A DNA stretch of 46,405 nt, taken from a virus (taxonomy: Duplodnaviria > Caudoviricetes). The notes beneath the pieces are model-generated. The model saw nothing but the letters and a program-made list of their open reading frames with translations. It was not told where the DNA came from and did no database searches. The stretch covers positions 1 through 46,405 of IMG/VR virus record IMGVR_UViG_3300032270_001390; one strand, written 5' to 3'. Shown here in pieces: positions 45,591-46,405 of the stretch (position 1 is its first letter; each line of letters starts with the position of its first letter). A program made the position numbers and the translations under genes.

Positions 45591-46109
45591 TTATTGTTGG
45601 TTTTTAAATAGTTTGATTAAATCATTTAAATAATCTACTGCTAATTCAGTACTTCCATATACTGGTCTTATAAGTGGGTTTTTCTTGTATGAGTTAACGG
45701 TGGTTTGTTTTGCTCGTTGTAATAGTGGGATAAGAATATTAAGTTTAAGTTCAATATCCTCAAACTCATTCATTTGCTTAGAAATACGTTGTTTAACCTC
45801 AGGGTCATCTGTATCTAGATTATCAACAAAACTATTTGCGTCAAAATTTTCTTCATTTAGTTTAGATTTTTTCCACAAATGTACATAATCTACTCCTTTT
45901 TGTTTTTTAGCTAATATATCAGGATCAGCATCCTTAAAACCTAAAGAAGCATACATTGTATCTTTTACTCCTTTAATTTTCTTTTTAGAAACAAAATATG
46001 GAGTAGCAAATTGAGGACCAGAACCGGCTGTACCAGCAGCTGTACCCCCTGTAACTCCCATTTCTAGAAGTTTAGCTTTTATAATTTCTTTTAACTGATT
46101 TTTTTTCAT
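45591..46109 (-). CDS. Hypothetical head-operon protein
   Basis: LKEIIKAKLLE then MGVTGG...G.QFATP..; ATGA-coupled to the upstream gene. Confidence 0.6.
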   Translation of the reverse strand: MKKNQLKEIIKAKLLEMGVTGGTAAGTAGSGPQFATPYFVSKKKIKGVKDTMYASLGFKDADPDILAKKQKGVDYVHLWKKSKLNEENFDANSFVDNLDTDDPEVKQRISKQMNEFEDIELKLNILIPLLQRAKQTTVNSYKKNPLIRPVYGSTELAVDYLNDLIKLFKNQQ

Positions 46110-46405
46110 TTAACTATTTTAGTTAGTTCTTCTACTAATTCAGCGTATTGAAGAAGATCAATTAAATGGTTATCTTTTATTTTTTGGTTTTTATCCAATT
46201 CAATTAAAAGTTTAGAAACTTCATTTAATTTAATTTGAACTACTTTATCAGTAACTTTCTTATTAAGTGTATTTAATGTAGATTTTATTTCCTGGATCTT
46301 ATTGTTATAGAAATCTTTTAATTTGGGGGTAGAATCTACAGAATTGATATATTCTTTTAATATTGATTTTTGGAATGAATTTAAATTATCATACTTAGAA
46401 TTAAA
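46106..46405 (-). CDS. C-terminal part of a hypothetical head-operon protein (runs off window end)
   Basis: Open frame FNSKYDNLNSFQKSILKEYINSV...LLQYAELVEELTKIVK*; its TGA overlaps the next ATG. Confidence 0.75.
   Translation of the reverse strand, partial: FNSKYDNLNSFQKSILKEYINSVDSTPKLKDFYNNKIQEIKSTLNTLNKKVTDKVVQIKLNEVSKLLIELDKNQKIKDNHLIDLLQYAELVEELTKIVK

Noticed and set aside
283-45888. Remaining short plus-strand and nested ORFs in the track (e.g. 817-1251, 4580-4867, 9537-9845, 15530-15787, 38529-38837, 44251-44604)
   Set aside because: All overlap well-supported minus-strand genes and show no recognisable motifs.
1-46405. Stop-codon reassignment (seen in some large phages)
   Set aside because: Conserved genes are full length in code 11, and TAA, TAG and TGA all occur as apparent true stops.
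1-46405. tRNA/rRNA genes, introns, inteins, homing endonucleases
   Set aside because: Intergenic gaps are short with no cloverleaf seen; helicase, nrdB, RecA and MCP appear uninterrupted. Judged by eye only.

Overview
A 46.4-kb, AT-rich segment of a large T4-like tailed phage (myovirus) genome. Essentially all real genes are on the minus strand and read normally in code 11. In transcription order (right to left) it holds: head genes (two putative internal head proteins, gp21-like prohead protease, a KLAGI-motif protein, acidic scaffold, gp23-like major capsid protein); a three-gene cassette of an ArgZ/AgrE-like pentein (amidinotransferase fold), a phosphatidylserine-decarboxylase-family pyruvoyl enzyme and PhoH; Ser/Thr-rich fibre/adhesin genes (S/T-A-S-Y-A repeat fibres, collagen/YadA-like fibre, propeller-like protein, DUF285/BspA protein); neck, tail terminator, sheath and tube; a gp26/gp51-like chaperone pair with a likely +1/-2 frameshift; tape measure, a repeat protein, baseplate genes and a lambda-type lysozyme; then replication genes (thumb-truncated family-A polymerase-like protein, gp32-like SSB, RecA/UvsX, 5'-3' exonuclease, DnaB-like helicase, nrdB, partial nrdA). 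An ATATTTAT(A) motif precedes most structural transcription units (putative late promoter). A Bacteroidota host is inferred from the largely SD-less, A-rich leaders and one promoter-like site; this is unproven. Best novelty candidates: (1) pentein + repurposed PSD-fold decarboxylase as a possible new late-expressed arginine-to-putrescine pathway next to the capsid gene; (2) a pervasive [ST]-[GAS]-S motif concentrated in exposed virion proteins (possible modification sequon); (3) cargo modules in head proteins bounded by candidate protease sites. All family assignments come from motif recognition, not database searches.
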